Assembly: GCA_037446635.1 (NCBI GenBank) | Contig: JBBIIG010000044.1 | Location: 1 to 20,227 of the forward strand | Length of the DNA stretch: 20,227 nucleotides | Direction of reading: 5' to 3' | Origin: a bacterium | Lineage (GTDB): Bacteria > Zhuqueibacterota > Zhuqueibacteria > Oceanimicrobiales > Oceanimicrobiaceae | Made by a program: the position numbers and the translations under genes | The notes under the pieces: model-generated | What the model was told of the DNA's origin: nothing | Database searches by the model: none | Seen by the model: only the letters and a program-made list of their open reading frames with translations | In this document: positions 6,861-15,125 of the stretch, piece after piece | Layout: each line of letters begins with the position of its first letter | Numbering within the stretch: position 1 is the first letter of the stretch

Positions 6861-8210
6861 TTACGTGTAGCGCGCATTGCGATACTTCTCGTGGTAAAAT
6901 TCCGGCAGCAGGGTATCGACACGCAGAAAGCCGGCACGGGTCAAGGACACGCGCTCGGGTGAAAAAGTAAGCATGCCTTCGTGTGCCAGTTTCTGAAACG
7001 CGGCGCCGAATTTCTCGATGATGTCAAGGTCGAATTTGTCTTTGAAATATTTTGGGAAAATCTCGCCTAATTTCAGTTGCAGGATCATCTCACGAGTGAC
7101 GCGCTCCAGCGGCGTGGTGACAAACGCGCGGCTCAGCGGCAAGCGCCCGGATTCAAGCATCGTCAAATACTCATCCCACGACGGCGTGTTTTGAATGTGT
7201 ACCCCGCTCGCATGCCCGAACGATGCCACGCCAGCGCCAATCATATCGGTGCCATGCCAGACGGAATCGCGATAAACAAACCGGCAATTCTGCTTATTTT
7301 TCACCATCGTGTAGGCGCTGGAGATTTCATAACCGGCGGCCGCGAGTTCATTGAAGGCATAATCGTGCCACTCGCGTTTGGTTTGCCAGTTGGCGACCGG
7401 CGTGTCCAATTTCCCTTCCGAAAGCAGTTGCGTGTAAACCGTGTTGTACGGTAATTCCATTTGATAAATGGTGACACTATCCGGGTTAAGCGCAATGGTC
7501 TGTTTGACATTGTCGCGCCAGGTATCCCAGGTTTCGCCCACCATGCCAGCGATGAGATCGATGTTGAGTTGATCGAATTTCAGTTCGTTGATCCACGGCA
7601 GCACTTGAAAAATCTCTTTCGCAAGATGGGCGCGACCATTTTCCTCCAAAATGCGATCGTTGAAATTTTCCACGCCAAGACTGAGCCGTGTGACGCCAAT
7701 CTCACGAATGGCCTCCAATTTCGATTGCGACAGGGTGCCGGGTTCGCATTCAAACGTGACTTCTTCCGCGCCGTCCCAGGGGAGGGCCGTCTTGACGCGC
7801 TTCACGAATTTTTTGAGATGATTGACGCTGATGAACGAAGGCGTGCCGCCGCCAAAGTACACGAATTTCAGGTTCCGTCCCTTCACCGAGGCCAGGCGGC
7901 TGTACAGCTCCACTTCCTTCGCCAGCGCGTCGATGTAGCGTTCGATTTGCGAGCTATTTTTGTCGGTGTAAACTTTGAAGTAACAAAACTTGCAGCGCTT
8001 GCGGCAAAATGGAATGTGCAAATAGAGTCCGAGCGTGCTGCCGGCCAGCGGTTCTGAGTTTAGAGCGCGCAGAGCGTCGTTGATTTTGTCTTTGCTCCAA
8101 AACGAGTAGGGCGGATAATTCGAAACGAAGACGCTGCCCGCTTCGGTTTCTTTTAGATCAAGTCGCGCGGTGGCGGGCTCTGGTTTGAGTTTTTCTACGG
8201 TCGTTGCCAT
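6861..8210 (-). CDS. HemN-like (coproporphyrinogen III oxidase family) radical SAM enzyme, function not assigned (449 aa)
   Basis: LYLHIPFCRKRCKFCYF (CxxxCxxC), VYFGGGTPS, RLSLGVENF, NIDLIAG, and a HemN_C-like C-terminus (LTRAGFLRVD). Probable start is ATG 8210 after AGGA. Confidence 0.88.
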   Translation of the reverse strand: MATTVEKLKPEPATARLDLKETEAGSVFVSNYPPYSFWSKDKINDALRALNSEPLAGSTLGLYLHIPFCRKRCKFCYFKVYTDKNSSQIERYIDALAKEVELYSRLASVKGRNLKFVYFGGGTPSFISVNHLKKFVKRVKTALPWDGAEEVTFECEPGTLSQSKLEAIREIGVTRLSLGVENFNDRILEENGRAHLAKEIFQVLPWINELKFDQLNIDLIAGMVGETWDTWRDNVKQTIALNPDSVTIYQMELPYNTVYTQLLSEGKLDTPVANWQTKREWHDYAFNELAAAGYEISSAYTMVKNKQNCRFVYRDSVWHGTDMIGAGVASFGHASGVHIQNTPSWDEYLTMLESGRLPLSRAFVTTPLERVTREMILQLKLGEIFPKYFKDKFDLDIIEKFGAAFQKLAHEGMLTFSPERVSLTRAGFLRVDTLLPEFYHEKYRNARYT

Positions 8211-8247
8211 GATGTTCCTAATTGTTTTCATGTCATTCAAATGAAAT

Positions 8248-8317
8248 GTCATTCAGGAGGAACCGTTTTAAATCAACGGTTCTTACTCAGACTTAAAAAA
8301 GATTCCTCCGGAATGAC
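8248..8317. repeat. Intergenic palindromic element GTCATTCAGGAGGAA...TTCCTCCGGAATGAC
   Basis: Terminal inverted repeats match at 14/15 positions (8248-8262 with 8303-8317). An alternative inner stem GAACCGTT/AACGGTTC lies at 8260-8282. Confidence 0.75.
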
Positions 8318-8324
8318 CATGTCG

Positions 8325-9446
8325 TTACTTTTCTCCAAAACAATACACCACCCCATCATCTCCGCCAATCACGAATTGGCTGGCCGAGAAACCCGGCGAC
8401 GCCACGATACTGGCGCCAGTTTCGAATTGCCAAAGTGATTTGCCGGTGGCGACATCCAAAATATGAATCTCGCCGCTGCCAGAGGCGGCGAGCACTTTGT
8501 CGCCGACGATCACCGGCGAAGACTCCACTTTGGATTTGGCCATGAACGTCCACTTGGCTTCGCCGGTTTTGGGATCGAGCGCGTGGATCATTTTGTCGCG
8601 CCCGCCGACGATCACCACATCATTGGTCACCGCCGCCGAAGCATAAAACGGAAACTGCCGCTTCGGATTTTGATAGCGCCAAATGATTCCGCCGCTTCTC
8701 AAATCGACGCAGAGTACTTGATTGCCAAACGAACCCACGTAAACGCGGTCGTGTAAAATGGCCGGACTCGCTGCCACGTAATCGCCGAGGGCAATTTTTT
8801 GTTTCTCTTTGCCGCTGTGAATGTCAACGACTCGCAAATAGCCGTCGCAGCCGGTGATGATCACCATGTCATCAAAAATGGCCGGCGTGCCGTGAACGTA
8901 GCCGTCGGTTTCCAATTTCCAAAGCAATGTGCCGTCTTTTGTTGAAAGGCAATAAAGGAAATTATCATAAGCACCCAAAAGCACGCGGTTTTCGAAAAAA
9001 TTAGCGGAAGAAATGATGCCACCATCGGCTTTGAATTTCCATATTAATTGGCCGCGGGCGGCGTCCAGCGCGTGAAAGGCGCCCAGCTCGTCACCGAAAA
9101 AAACTACCCCGTTATACACCGAGGGCGACGACTTGATTTCATCGGATGCCTGATATTTCCATTTCAACTCACCGGTGGCGAAATCGAGGGCGTACAAAAA
9201 CCCATCGAGCGAGCCGACATAAACAACACCGTTCGCAATCGCAGCGGTGGATTCAATCGCATCGCCGGCTGCGAACGTCCACCGCGGCTCGGGATTTTCC
9301 GGCAGCGTCCCGACGGCCACGCCGGTGTTTTGCGGGTTGCCGCGGAACATTGGCCAGTCGGTGGTCGCGATCTTTCCGTTTTGAGAGAATGATGTCGAGA
9401 AAAGGCAAAGGCTAAGACTGAGGCTGAGCACAAAACGTTTACTCAA
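8325..9446 (-). CDS. Exported PQQ-like/BamB-like beta-propeller repeat protein (about 373 aa)
   Basis: DWPMFRGN followed by regular repeats 'SSP.....VYVGSxDGxLYALDxxTGxxxW'. The start is proposed at TTG 9446, giving signal peptide MSKRFVLSLSLSLCLFSTSFS. The ORF stays open to ATG 9596 through a palindromic repeat, so the start is uncertain. Confidence 0.85.
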   Translation of the reverse strand: MSKRFVLSLSLSLCLFSTSFSQNGKIATTDWPMFRGNPQNTGVAVGTLPENPEPRWTFAAGDAIESTAAIANGVVYVGSLDGFLYALDFATGELKWKYQASDEIKSSPSVYNGVVFFGDELGAFHALDAARGQLIWKFKADGGIISSANFFENRVLLGAYDNFLYCLSTKDGTLLWKLETDGYVHGTPAIFDDMVIITGCDGYLRVVDIHSGKEKQKIALGDYVAASPAILHDRVYVGSFGNQVLCVDLRSGGIIWRYQNPKRQFPFYASAAVTNDVVIVGGRDKMIHALDPKTGEAKWTFMAKSKVESSPVIVGDKVLAASGSGEIHILDVATGKSLWQFETGASIVASPGFSASQFVIGGDDGVVYCFGEK

Positions 9447-9481
9447 CCATGATGGTTTAGTAAACGTGACCCGCACCCGCT

Positions 9482-9558
9482 TGTCATGCCCGCATGCTTT
9501 TATCAGGCATCCATCATGGGTGCTAATGGATTCCCGCCAAAAGCACGCGGGAATGACA
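9482..9558. repeat. Palindromic element TGTCATGCCCGC...GCGGGAATGACA
   Basis: 33-nt arms (9482-9514 and 9526-9558) are reverse complements at 27/33 positions. It has the same GTCAT...ATGAC termini as 8248-8317. Confidence 0.8.
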
Positions 9559-9605
9559 CGTTGTAAATGAAATTTGTAATCCAACATTTTAAACATAAAT
9601 GAAAT

Positions 9606-10718
9606 TCAAAACGCCATTTTATAAAGTTCTAAAAATTCCTTCACCGAAACCGGGCGCGGATTGAAGGTGCCGGTCCACTGCTTTGCCGCTTCCTGCGCCA
9701 AGTCGGGAAGCATCTTTTCTTCCACCGGGAATTCGCGCAGCCTCTGCGGCAGCTCAAAAAGCTTTTGCAGCTCAGTGATGCGCGTGGCGAGTGTATCGGA
9801 GCAGGACGAGGTTCGTCCCAATCCCAAATTGGCGGCCTCCACCAAATCTTTGTAGTAGCCATTGACGGTCTCGCCGTTGAAACGAATGACGTGCGGCAGC
9901 ATCACGCCCACCGCAATGCCGTGGGTGATGCCAAAGTGGGCGGTCAACGGATTGGCGCAGGCGTGCGCCGCGCCCAACATCGAAGCTTCGATGGCCAGGC
10001 CGGCGAGATGCGCGCCGAGCTGCATGTTGCCCCAGGCTTCGAGGTCGTTCGGATGGGTCAACACGGTTTCGTAGTTCGCCGACAACAACCGCCACGCCTC
10101 GCGGGCGAACATCTGCGAAAAAGGATGGCGTTTCGTGCAAACATAACTTTCAATGGCATGTGCGATGGCATCCATGCCAGCGATAGCGGCGACTTTTTTC
10201 GGCACGGTGATCAGCAACGTTGGATCGAGCATGACGGCGTGGAAGCGCGCTTTTTTGTCGCCGCATGCCATCTTCTGATGCGTCTGCGGATGCGAGATCA
10301 GCGCGTATGACTGCGCCTCGCTGCCGGTGCCGGCGGTGGTCGGAATACCGATGGATGGCAGCATCGGTTGGTTCGCTTTGCCGAATCCCCAGTAATCTTC
10401 CATTTTGCCGCCGTTGGTCAAAATGAAATTGATTCCTTTGGCGCAGTCCATCACGCTGCCGCCGCCGAGAGCGATGATGACATCGATGGGCGCACGCTTT
10501 CTCGCAAATTGCACACCGGCTTCGACGTGACGCGTGGTCGGGTTTTCTTCGACGTCGTGAAAGACAAAAGTCTCCACTCCCGCTTTTCGCAATGTGCTGA
10601 GCGCCCGTTCAACGTGACCGGCCTTGCGGATGCCGGGATCGGTCACAAGCAATGCGCGGCGACCAAATTCCTTCGTCAACTCGCCCAGGCCATCCATGGC
10701 ATTTTCACCAACGAGCAT
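9606..10718 (-). CDS. Iron-containing (group III) alcohol dehydrogenase
   Basis: LLVTDPG, VEENPT, GGGSVMD, PTTAGTGSE, and metal ligands in DAIAH, GAAH and THG. Family-like sequence extends upstream to about 10748 (IKFEFDCNTR). Confidence 0.92.
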   Translation of the reverse strand: MLVGENAMDGLGELTKEFGRRALLVTDPGIRKAGHVERALSTLRKAGVETFVFHDVEENPTTRHVEAGVQFARKRAPIDVIIALGGGSVMDCAKGINFILTNGGKMEDYWGFGKANQPMLPSIGIPTTAGTGSEAQSYALISHPQTHQKMACGDKKARFHAVMLDPTLLITVPKKVAAIAGMDAIAHAIESYVCTKRHPFSQMFAREAWRLLSANYETVLTHPNDLEAWGNMQLGAHLAGLAIEASMLGAAHACANPLTAHFGITHGIAVGVMLPHVIRFNGETVNGYYKDLVEAANLGLGRTSSCSDTLATRITELQKLFELPQRLREFPVEEKMLPDLAQEAAKQWTGTFNPRPVSVKEFLELYKMAF

Positions 10719-10807
10719 CCGGGTGTTGCAATCGAATTCAAATTTTATAATAGAACGTGTCAGGCTGCAAAATTTATTATTTACTCAGGACAGGTTTCCG
10801 CAGCCGG

Positions 10808-12151
10808 CTAATCGAACGACAGTGGCAGGCCAATAATCACCCACAACGCCCAGACGACAGCCAAAACCGCGACCCGGGCGATGGACTCGCGAAAACGGTA
10901 AACCCACGGCGCCGAGCGACTGCGCCCCTGCTGGAAGCCAACCACTGCTAGCATGAGTAATGTTACCATGTTCCATCCGAATACGGCGTAGCGGTTCGGG
11001 GTCAAACCGAAATTAAGGGTGCGGCTGGCGATGGCCGCCAGCGCATAAATGTTAAGAAACAAGGTTAAACCTACCAATACCTGGACAGCATAGCGCAAGA
11101 TGGTATCCTGACGCGGAGAGCGCTCATCAAGCGGGCCCGATACGACCACGGTGAGCAGAACTAAAATCGCCAGGATGGTGGCATTGTAGATAATCAAAAC
11201 TTCCCGCTCCTGAAATGGTCGCCAGAAATAGGCGGGAACAAACCAGAAAACGTAGATAAGCAACACGCCAAGGGCCAGCGGCAGGATAAGCTGGGCGACG
11301 ATTCTGAGAATACGGGTGATACCGGTCGTCCAGTCTTGCGCTGCGGGCGCAGCCGTGGGGTCGTAAACGCTGGCCAGCGCCAACAGCGGAATGGTGCCAA
11401 TGCCCCAGGCCGCAACGGATTGTAAGTTATCTTGCGGGAGATGGATTCCCAAGACCGCAAATATGCCATAGGTTAAGCCCAGAAAAATAGCGCCAACCGC
11501 AAAATAGATGCCGCCCACCAGAACGGTTTCCACCGATTTCACAAGATACGCATAGCCTTGCCTGGCCGGGTCAGGTCGCCCCAAAGTCAGAGCAGCGCCT
11601 ATTGCAGCCCAGGCAACAAACGGCAGGTGAAGGCTGCTCAAAATCGCCGTGGCATCTACTCTGCGCCAGTTTGTGACAGCGGTATAGACAGCAACCGGTA
11701 TGACAGTTAGAGCGGCATATAGATACATGCGTTTCCTTGAGCGGTCAACCATTGCCAGGTAGAAAACGATACTTAGGGCGGTCAGCGGACTCCACCCAAT
11801 CCAGAACAGAGGTTCCGCTTCACCGGGTATCGGAACTGGCGCCTTATCACCGGCAAAAAGCGCATACCCGATGCCCAGCACTACGCTCGTCGCAATGGCG
11901 GTCCACCAGCGTCGGGTCTGGCTTTGATTCGCGGTTTGCTCATCCACTGTAACTAGAGGTGGAGGCAAAGCCAGGACGTCCAGTCGATAAGCCCAGGCCG
12001 AGAACAGGATGTTGTGCGGATGCTCGCCCGCACATCGTCCTATCGCCTCTTTAAAAGCGGCCTCATTTCCGGCCACAAGGGCCTGTTTGTAGATTCGTTC
12101 CAATCCAGCCGCATCATCGCGTGCCTCTTCAATTTGGCTTTTCAGGTTCAT
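10808..12151 (-). CDS. Polytopic membrane protein, DUF4153-like (447 aa)
   Basis: A soluble helical N-terminus ending AWAYRL, roughly 12 hydrophobic segments, and a C-terminal GLTPNRYAVFG motif. The family call is from recall only. Confidence 0.65.
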   Translation of the reverse strand: MNLKSQIEEARDDAAGLERIYKQALVAGNEAAFKEAIGRCAGEHPHNILFSAWAYRLDVLALPPPLVTVDEQTANQSQTRRWWTAIATSVVLGIGYALFAGDKAPVPIPGEAEPLFWIGWSPLTALSIVFYLAMVDRSRKRMYLYAALTVIPVAVYTAVTNWRRVDATAILSSLHLPFVAWAAIGAALTLGRPDPARQGYAYLVKSVETVLVGGIYFAVGAIFLGLTYGIFAVLGIHLPQDNLQSVAAWGIGTIPLLALASVYDPTAAPAAQDWTTGITRILRIVAQLILPLALGVLLIYVFWFVPAYFWRPFQEREVLIIYNATILAILVLLTVVVSGPLDERSPRQDTILRYAVQVLVGLTLFLNIYALAAIASRTLNFGLTPNRYAVFGWNMVTLLMLAVVGFQQGRSRSAPWVYRFRESIARVAVLAVVWALWVIIGLPLSFD

Positions 12152-12170
12152 CTCCCAATCCTTTACACAG

Positions 12171-12192
12171 AATCAATAGTCAATCGACAATT
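12171..12192. repeat. Solitary 7-mer arm AATCAAT AGTCAAT CGACAAT
   Basis: Same unit series as 4173-4193. It supplies the last codons (LSIDY) and the stop of the ALDH-fold gene. Confidence 0.7.
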
Positions 12193-13600
12193 GAAACGCG
12201 CGTTGCCGATACAAATGCTCGAACAAATTCCCCTCATGCGGCTGATCCCAACTGATGCGGTTGGTTGGAAACGGGCCGAGGTTGAGGCGATCGATGTGCT
12301 TTGCCGACATCAGCTTTTGAATGAATTTGCGATCTTCGGTGATGGCCGTTACAACGAGTGAATAGCCCATGCGCTCGATCAATTCGTCTTGCGCCGCCTC
12401 CACCACAGTGGCAAATGGAAACAGCAACTCATATTTGGTCAACGGATGTTCCGGGCTCTCGCACCAAACAATCGTTGGCAGCAAAAACGTCGCGCCGTCT
12501 TTTTTGAGGAGACGAGATGTTTTGCGATATTTTGCGGTCACGTCTTCCGCGCCGCCCTGATGCAAGCCGCGATCGATCATCTCCGACATCCGTTCCGCCA
12601 CTTTCGGATTGACGAACGCGGCGAGCTGCGCTTCCGGGTCATCCATCGCGCGGGCAGTGACCTGCGCCAGCCGCTGCGCCAGCGCTTCGGCCATGTCGCG
12701 GCCGTGTCGCGGCGCCCAAACTCCGGAGGCGTTCAAACACGAGCGGCCGCTGTTGGAAAGAATCGACTCGATCATCACGTCGAGATGCTGGCGCCAGTTA
12801 TCGATTTGATCTTCGCCGAAAACGATCTTGCTCCAGCCGGGCCCGTGCAACTGGATGCGGCGATCCGATTCCCATTTGCGCACGGTCGCTTCATCGCCGA
12901 ACAACATCGAGCGGCCGCATTGTAAAAGAATCTGCGTCGCGCCGGAGTAATCGGTCGGATAAAAACTGAACGCTTCCGGCGGACAACCCGCGGCGATGAA
13001 CGCTTGAATGACGCGATAGGGCGTCCACGGCTCCTGACTGCCGGGTTTTAAAACCAGCGGCACTTTCAATGGGATACTCGGCAGCCACAGCGAATGCACG
13101 CCCGGCGAATTGTTGGGCAGTATCGCGCCCAGCGATTCCGTTTGCACCGAGTAGCTGATGGCGCGCTCGCCCTCTTTACCCCAGCCAACATCGAGCACCG
13201 AGAGGTCGAGGCCGCGCGTGAGTCCGCCCAGCACAGTCTCCATTTCATCCAGCACTTTGCGGATTTTCTCCATGTTGCGGCGGCAGAGAATTTCCGGCAT
13301 CCCAGTGGTCGCCGACTGAATTTTCACAAACTCAGCCGGCGACTGCGCCTCGCCATCGAGCGGCAAATCGGCATCCATGAACAGCGCGGCGGCATTTTTG
13401 CACATCGTCAGCAACTCATGCACCGGCAGCGCGTCGAGGGCGGCTTTGTTGCGCCCCGCCTGCATGAAATCGCGGCGAATGAGTCCGGTGTTGGCCTGAC
13501 TTAATTCGGCCACGGTTTCACCGCTGATGAAATTTTTGACGCGAACCGTTTCTAAACTTTTGTAGGGTTGGCCGGCTCGCAGGATAGGAATGTGAGGCAT
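12173..13600 (-). CDS. Aldehyde-dehydrogenase-fold protein, probable acyl/arylcarboxylate reductase subunit (GriD/EhpG/LuxC-like)
   Basis: ILPNN, VLKPGSQEP, catalytic Cys in NSGRSCLNAS, ELLFPF. LHGPG replaces the ELGG general-base motif of hydrolytic ALDHs. It lies directly downstream of an EhpF/GriC-like gene, apart from the inserted cassette. Confidence 0.85.
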   Translation of the reverse strand: MPHIPILRAGQPYKSLETVRVKNFISGETVAELSQANTGLIRRDFMQAGRNKAALDALPVHELLTMCKNAAALFMDADLPLDGEAQSPAEFVKIQSATTGMPEILCRRNMEKIRKVLDEMETVLGGLTRGLDLSVLDVGWGKEGERAISYSVQTESLGAILPNNSPGVHSLWLPSIPLKVPLVLKPGSQEPWTPYRVIQAFIAAGCPPEAFSFYPTDYSGATQILLQCGRSMLFGDEATVRKWESDRRIQLHGPGWSKIVFGEDQIDNWRQHLDVMIESILSNSGRSCLNASGVWAPRHGRDMAEALAQRLAQVTARAMDDPEAQLAAFVNPKVAERMSEMIDRGLHQGGAEDVTAKYRKTSRLLKKDGATFLLPTIVWCESPEHPLTKYELLFPFATVVEAAQDELIERMGYSLVVTAITEDRKFIQKLMSAKHIDRLNLGPFPTNRISWDQPHEGNLFEHLYRQRAFQLSIDY

Positions 13601-13611
13601 TTTAACTGAAT

Positions 13612-14039
13612 ATTGTCAAATGATTATTGACTAATTTCTAATCTAATATTTCGCTGAGCTGTTTTACGTGACGCAATAAAGATTGAAGTCAGTTCCTTTG
13701 CTTCGTTTAATAGTGGTTCAACTAATTCTTTCTTCATCAGCGCTTCATCAATTATGAACTCCATCCAAAAAGCCGATTCATCGGTCTCCTCTATGACAAT
13801 GCTAACCTTGGAAACAAACACAGCTTTCGTTTGCGCTAAGCAGGTTGCGCGATAATTGGCAGCGACAGAAGTTGAACATCGAATTAGCTGCCCTTGAACA
13901 TGTCTTCCTAATTTCGTATCCGGCAACGCCAAAGCAAGCTTGACACAGCGATGAGCAAAATCCTTTGTCCTTTTCTTTAATTGCTCGAAATCCATAAGAC
14001 AACAATCCATTAAACAATAATCAATAATCAATAGACAAT
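13612..14039 (-). mobile_element. Putative cassette: four-helix-bundle gene enclosed by inverted 7-mer tandem-repeat arms
   Basis: Left arm ATTGTCAAATGATTATTGACTAATT (13612-13636) and right arm CAATAATCAATAATCAATAGACAAT (14015-14039) are reverse complements at 20/25 positions. More degenerate units extend to 13997. The interior is AT-rich. Mobility is inferred. Confidence 0.55.
13624..13995 (-). CDS. Four-helix-bundle protein (23S rRNA intervening-sequence protein/TIGR02436-like; 123 aa)
   Basis: LKKRTKDFA...QLIRCSTSVAANYRA...FVSKVSIVIEETDESAFWMEF...EAKELTSIF matches the family pattern. Probable start is ATG 13995. The upstream MIIDYCLMDCCL is translated repeat. Confidence 0.88.
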   Translation of the reverse strand: MDFEQLKKRTKDFAHRCVKLALALPDTKLGRHVQGQLIRCSTSVAANYRATCLAQTKAVFVSKVSIVIEETDESAFWMEFIIDEALMKKELVEPLLNEAKELTSIFIASRKTAQRNIRLEISQ

Positions 14040-15112
14040 TAATACACGCCTACCACCACCGATTCCTGCAACGACGACAACAACCGCACATTGGCCACAC
14101 CATCCCACGGATATTTCTCGATGGGCGGGGTGCGTTCGCCTTCGTCGCGTTCCAAAAATCGCGGCATAAAAAATTCTTTCGTCAGCGTGGTGAGCATCAC
14201 GCGGCCGGTCTGGCCGTAGTCCACCCCTTCTTCGGGATTGTCCGGATTGACAATTTCAAACACGGCGCGCGGATGCGGCGGATAATAAATGATGGCGTAG
14301 TTGTCCGCCGGATCAAACGGCTTGTGCACGGCGAGTCCCATGAGCGTGTTGCCGTAAGTCGGCACGAAATCGATGCCCGGCACCAGTTCCTCGCGGGCGA
14401 AGCGGTGGAACTGCGCGTTCATCTCAGTGCCGCCGCAGAAAATACCAGTGATGCCCGCCTTCTTCAAATTGATTTTCTCGCACAGCGCTTCCAGCAGCTT
14501 CGGGGTGATGAACAGGCATTTGATGTTATCGTGCGCGCGCAAGATGGTCAGCGCCTGATCGACGACGTGATTTTTGTACAGCTCCAGCTCCGCGAAATTG
14601 CCGCGTTTGATGAGCTTGTTCACCCAGCGCGGATCGAGATCCACAAAAAAGCAGATGCCGCCGCGATGCTGACAGAGATGCTCGACCGAGAGTCGCAGCC
14701 GCCGCGGGCCGCTGGGTCCGACCATCAGCCAATCAGCGCCTTTGGGGAACGTCTCGTCGGAAAGGGTCTCGCTGAACAGTTCGTAGTCGATTTGAAAATC
14801 GCGGATGTTGATACGGGTTTTGGGCACGCCGGTGGAGCCGCCGGTTTCGAAAACATAAGTGGGTAGATTTGCGAATGCTTTCGGCACCCATTTGCGCACC
14901 GGTCCGCCGCGCAGCCAGCTATCTTCAAAGTGGCCGAGGAGTTTCAGATCATCGTATCCGCCGATTTCTTTGCGGGGATCGAAATCCAGTGTCTTGGCAT
15001 AGTCCAGCCAAAACGGGCAGCCGGTCGCCGGGTCAAAATGCCAGTTGACGATCTCGCGCACGTGGGCGTCCAGCCTTTGTTTCGCTTGTTTTATTTTTTC
15101 GGAAAGTGTCAT
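14039..15112 (-). CDS. Truncated ANL-superfamily adenylating enzyme, EhpF/GriC-like (357 aa)
   Basis: WHFDPATGCPFWL N-terminus, P-loop ETGGSTGVPK, A5-like TYGNT and A7-like FLERD. It ends without the C-terminal subdomain, as is known for EhpF. Confidence 0.8.
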   Translation of the reverse strand: MTLSEKIKQAKQRLDAHVREIVNWHFDPATGCPFWLDYAKTLDFDPRKEIGGYDDLKLLGHFEDSWLRGGPVRKWVPKAFANLPTYVFETGGSTGVPKTRINIRDFQIDYELFSETLSDETFPKGADWLMVGPSGPRRLRLSVEHLCQHRGGICFFVDLDPRWVNKLIKRGNFAELELYKNHVVDQALTILRAHDNIKCLFITPKLLEALCEKINLKKAGITGIFCGGTEMNAQFHRFAREELVPGIDFVPTYGNTLMGLAVHKPFDPADNYAIIYYPPHPRAVFEIVNPDNPEEGVDYGQTGRVMLTTLTKEFFMPRFLERDEGERTPPIEKYPWDGVANVRLLSSLQESVVVGVY

Positions 15113-15125
15113 TTGTTCGCTAAGA

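Noticed and set aside
6861..8210. Gene symbol hemN or hemW
   Set aside because: The diagnostic motifs are absent and the context is not heme-related.
12173..15112. Bioluminescence luxCE or a complete phenazine cluster
   Set aside because: No luxAB/luxD or phz core genes are present. The resemblance is limited to the reductase pair.
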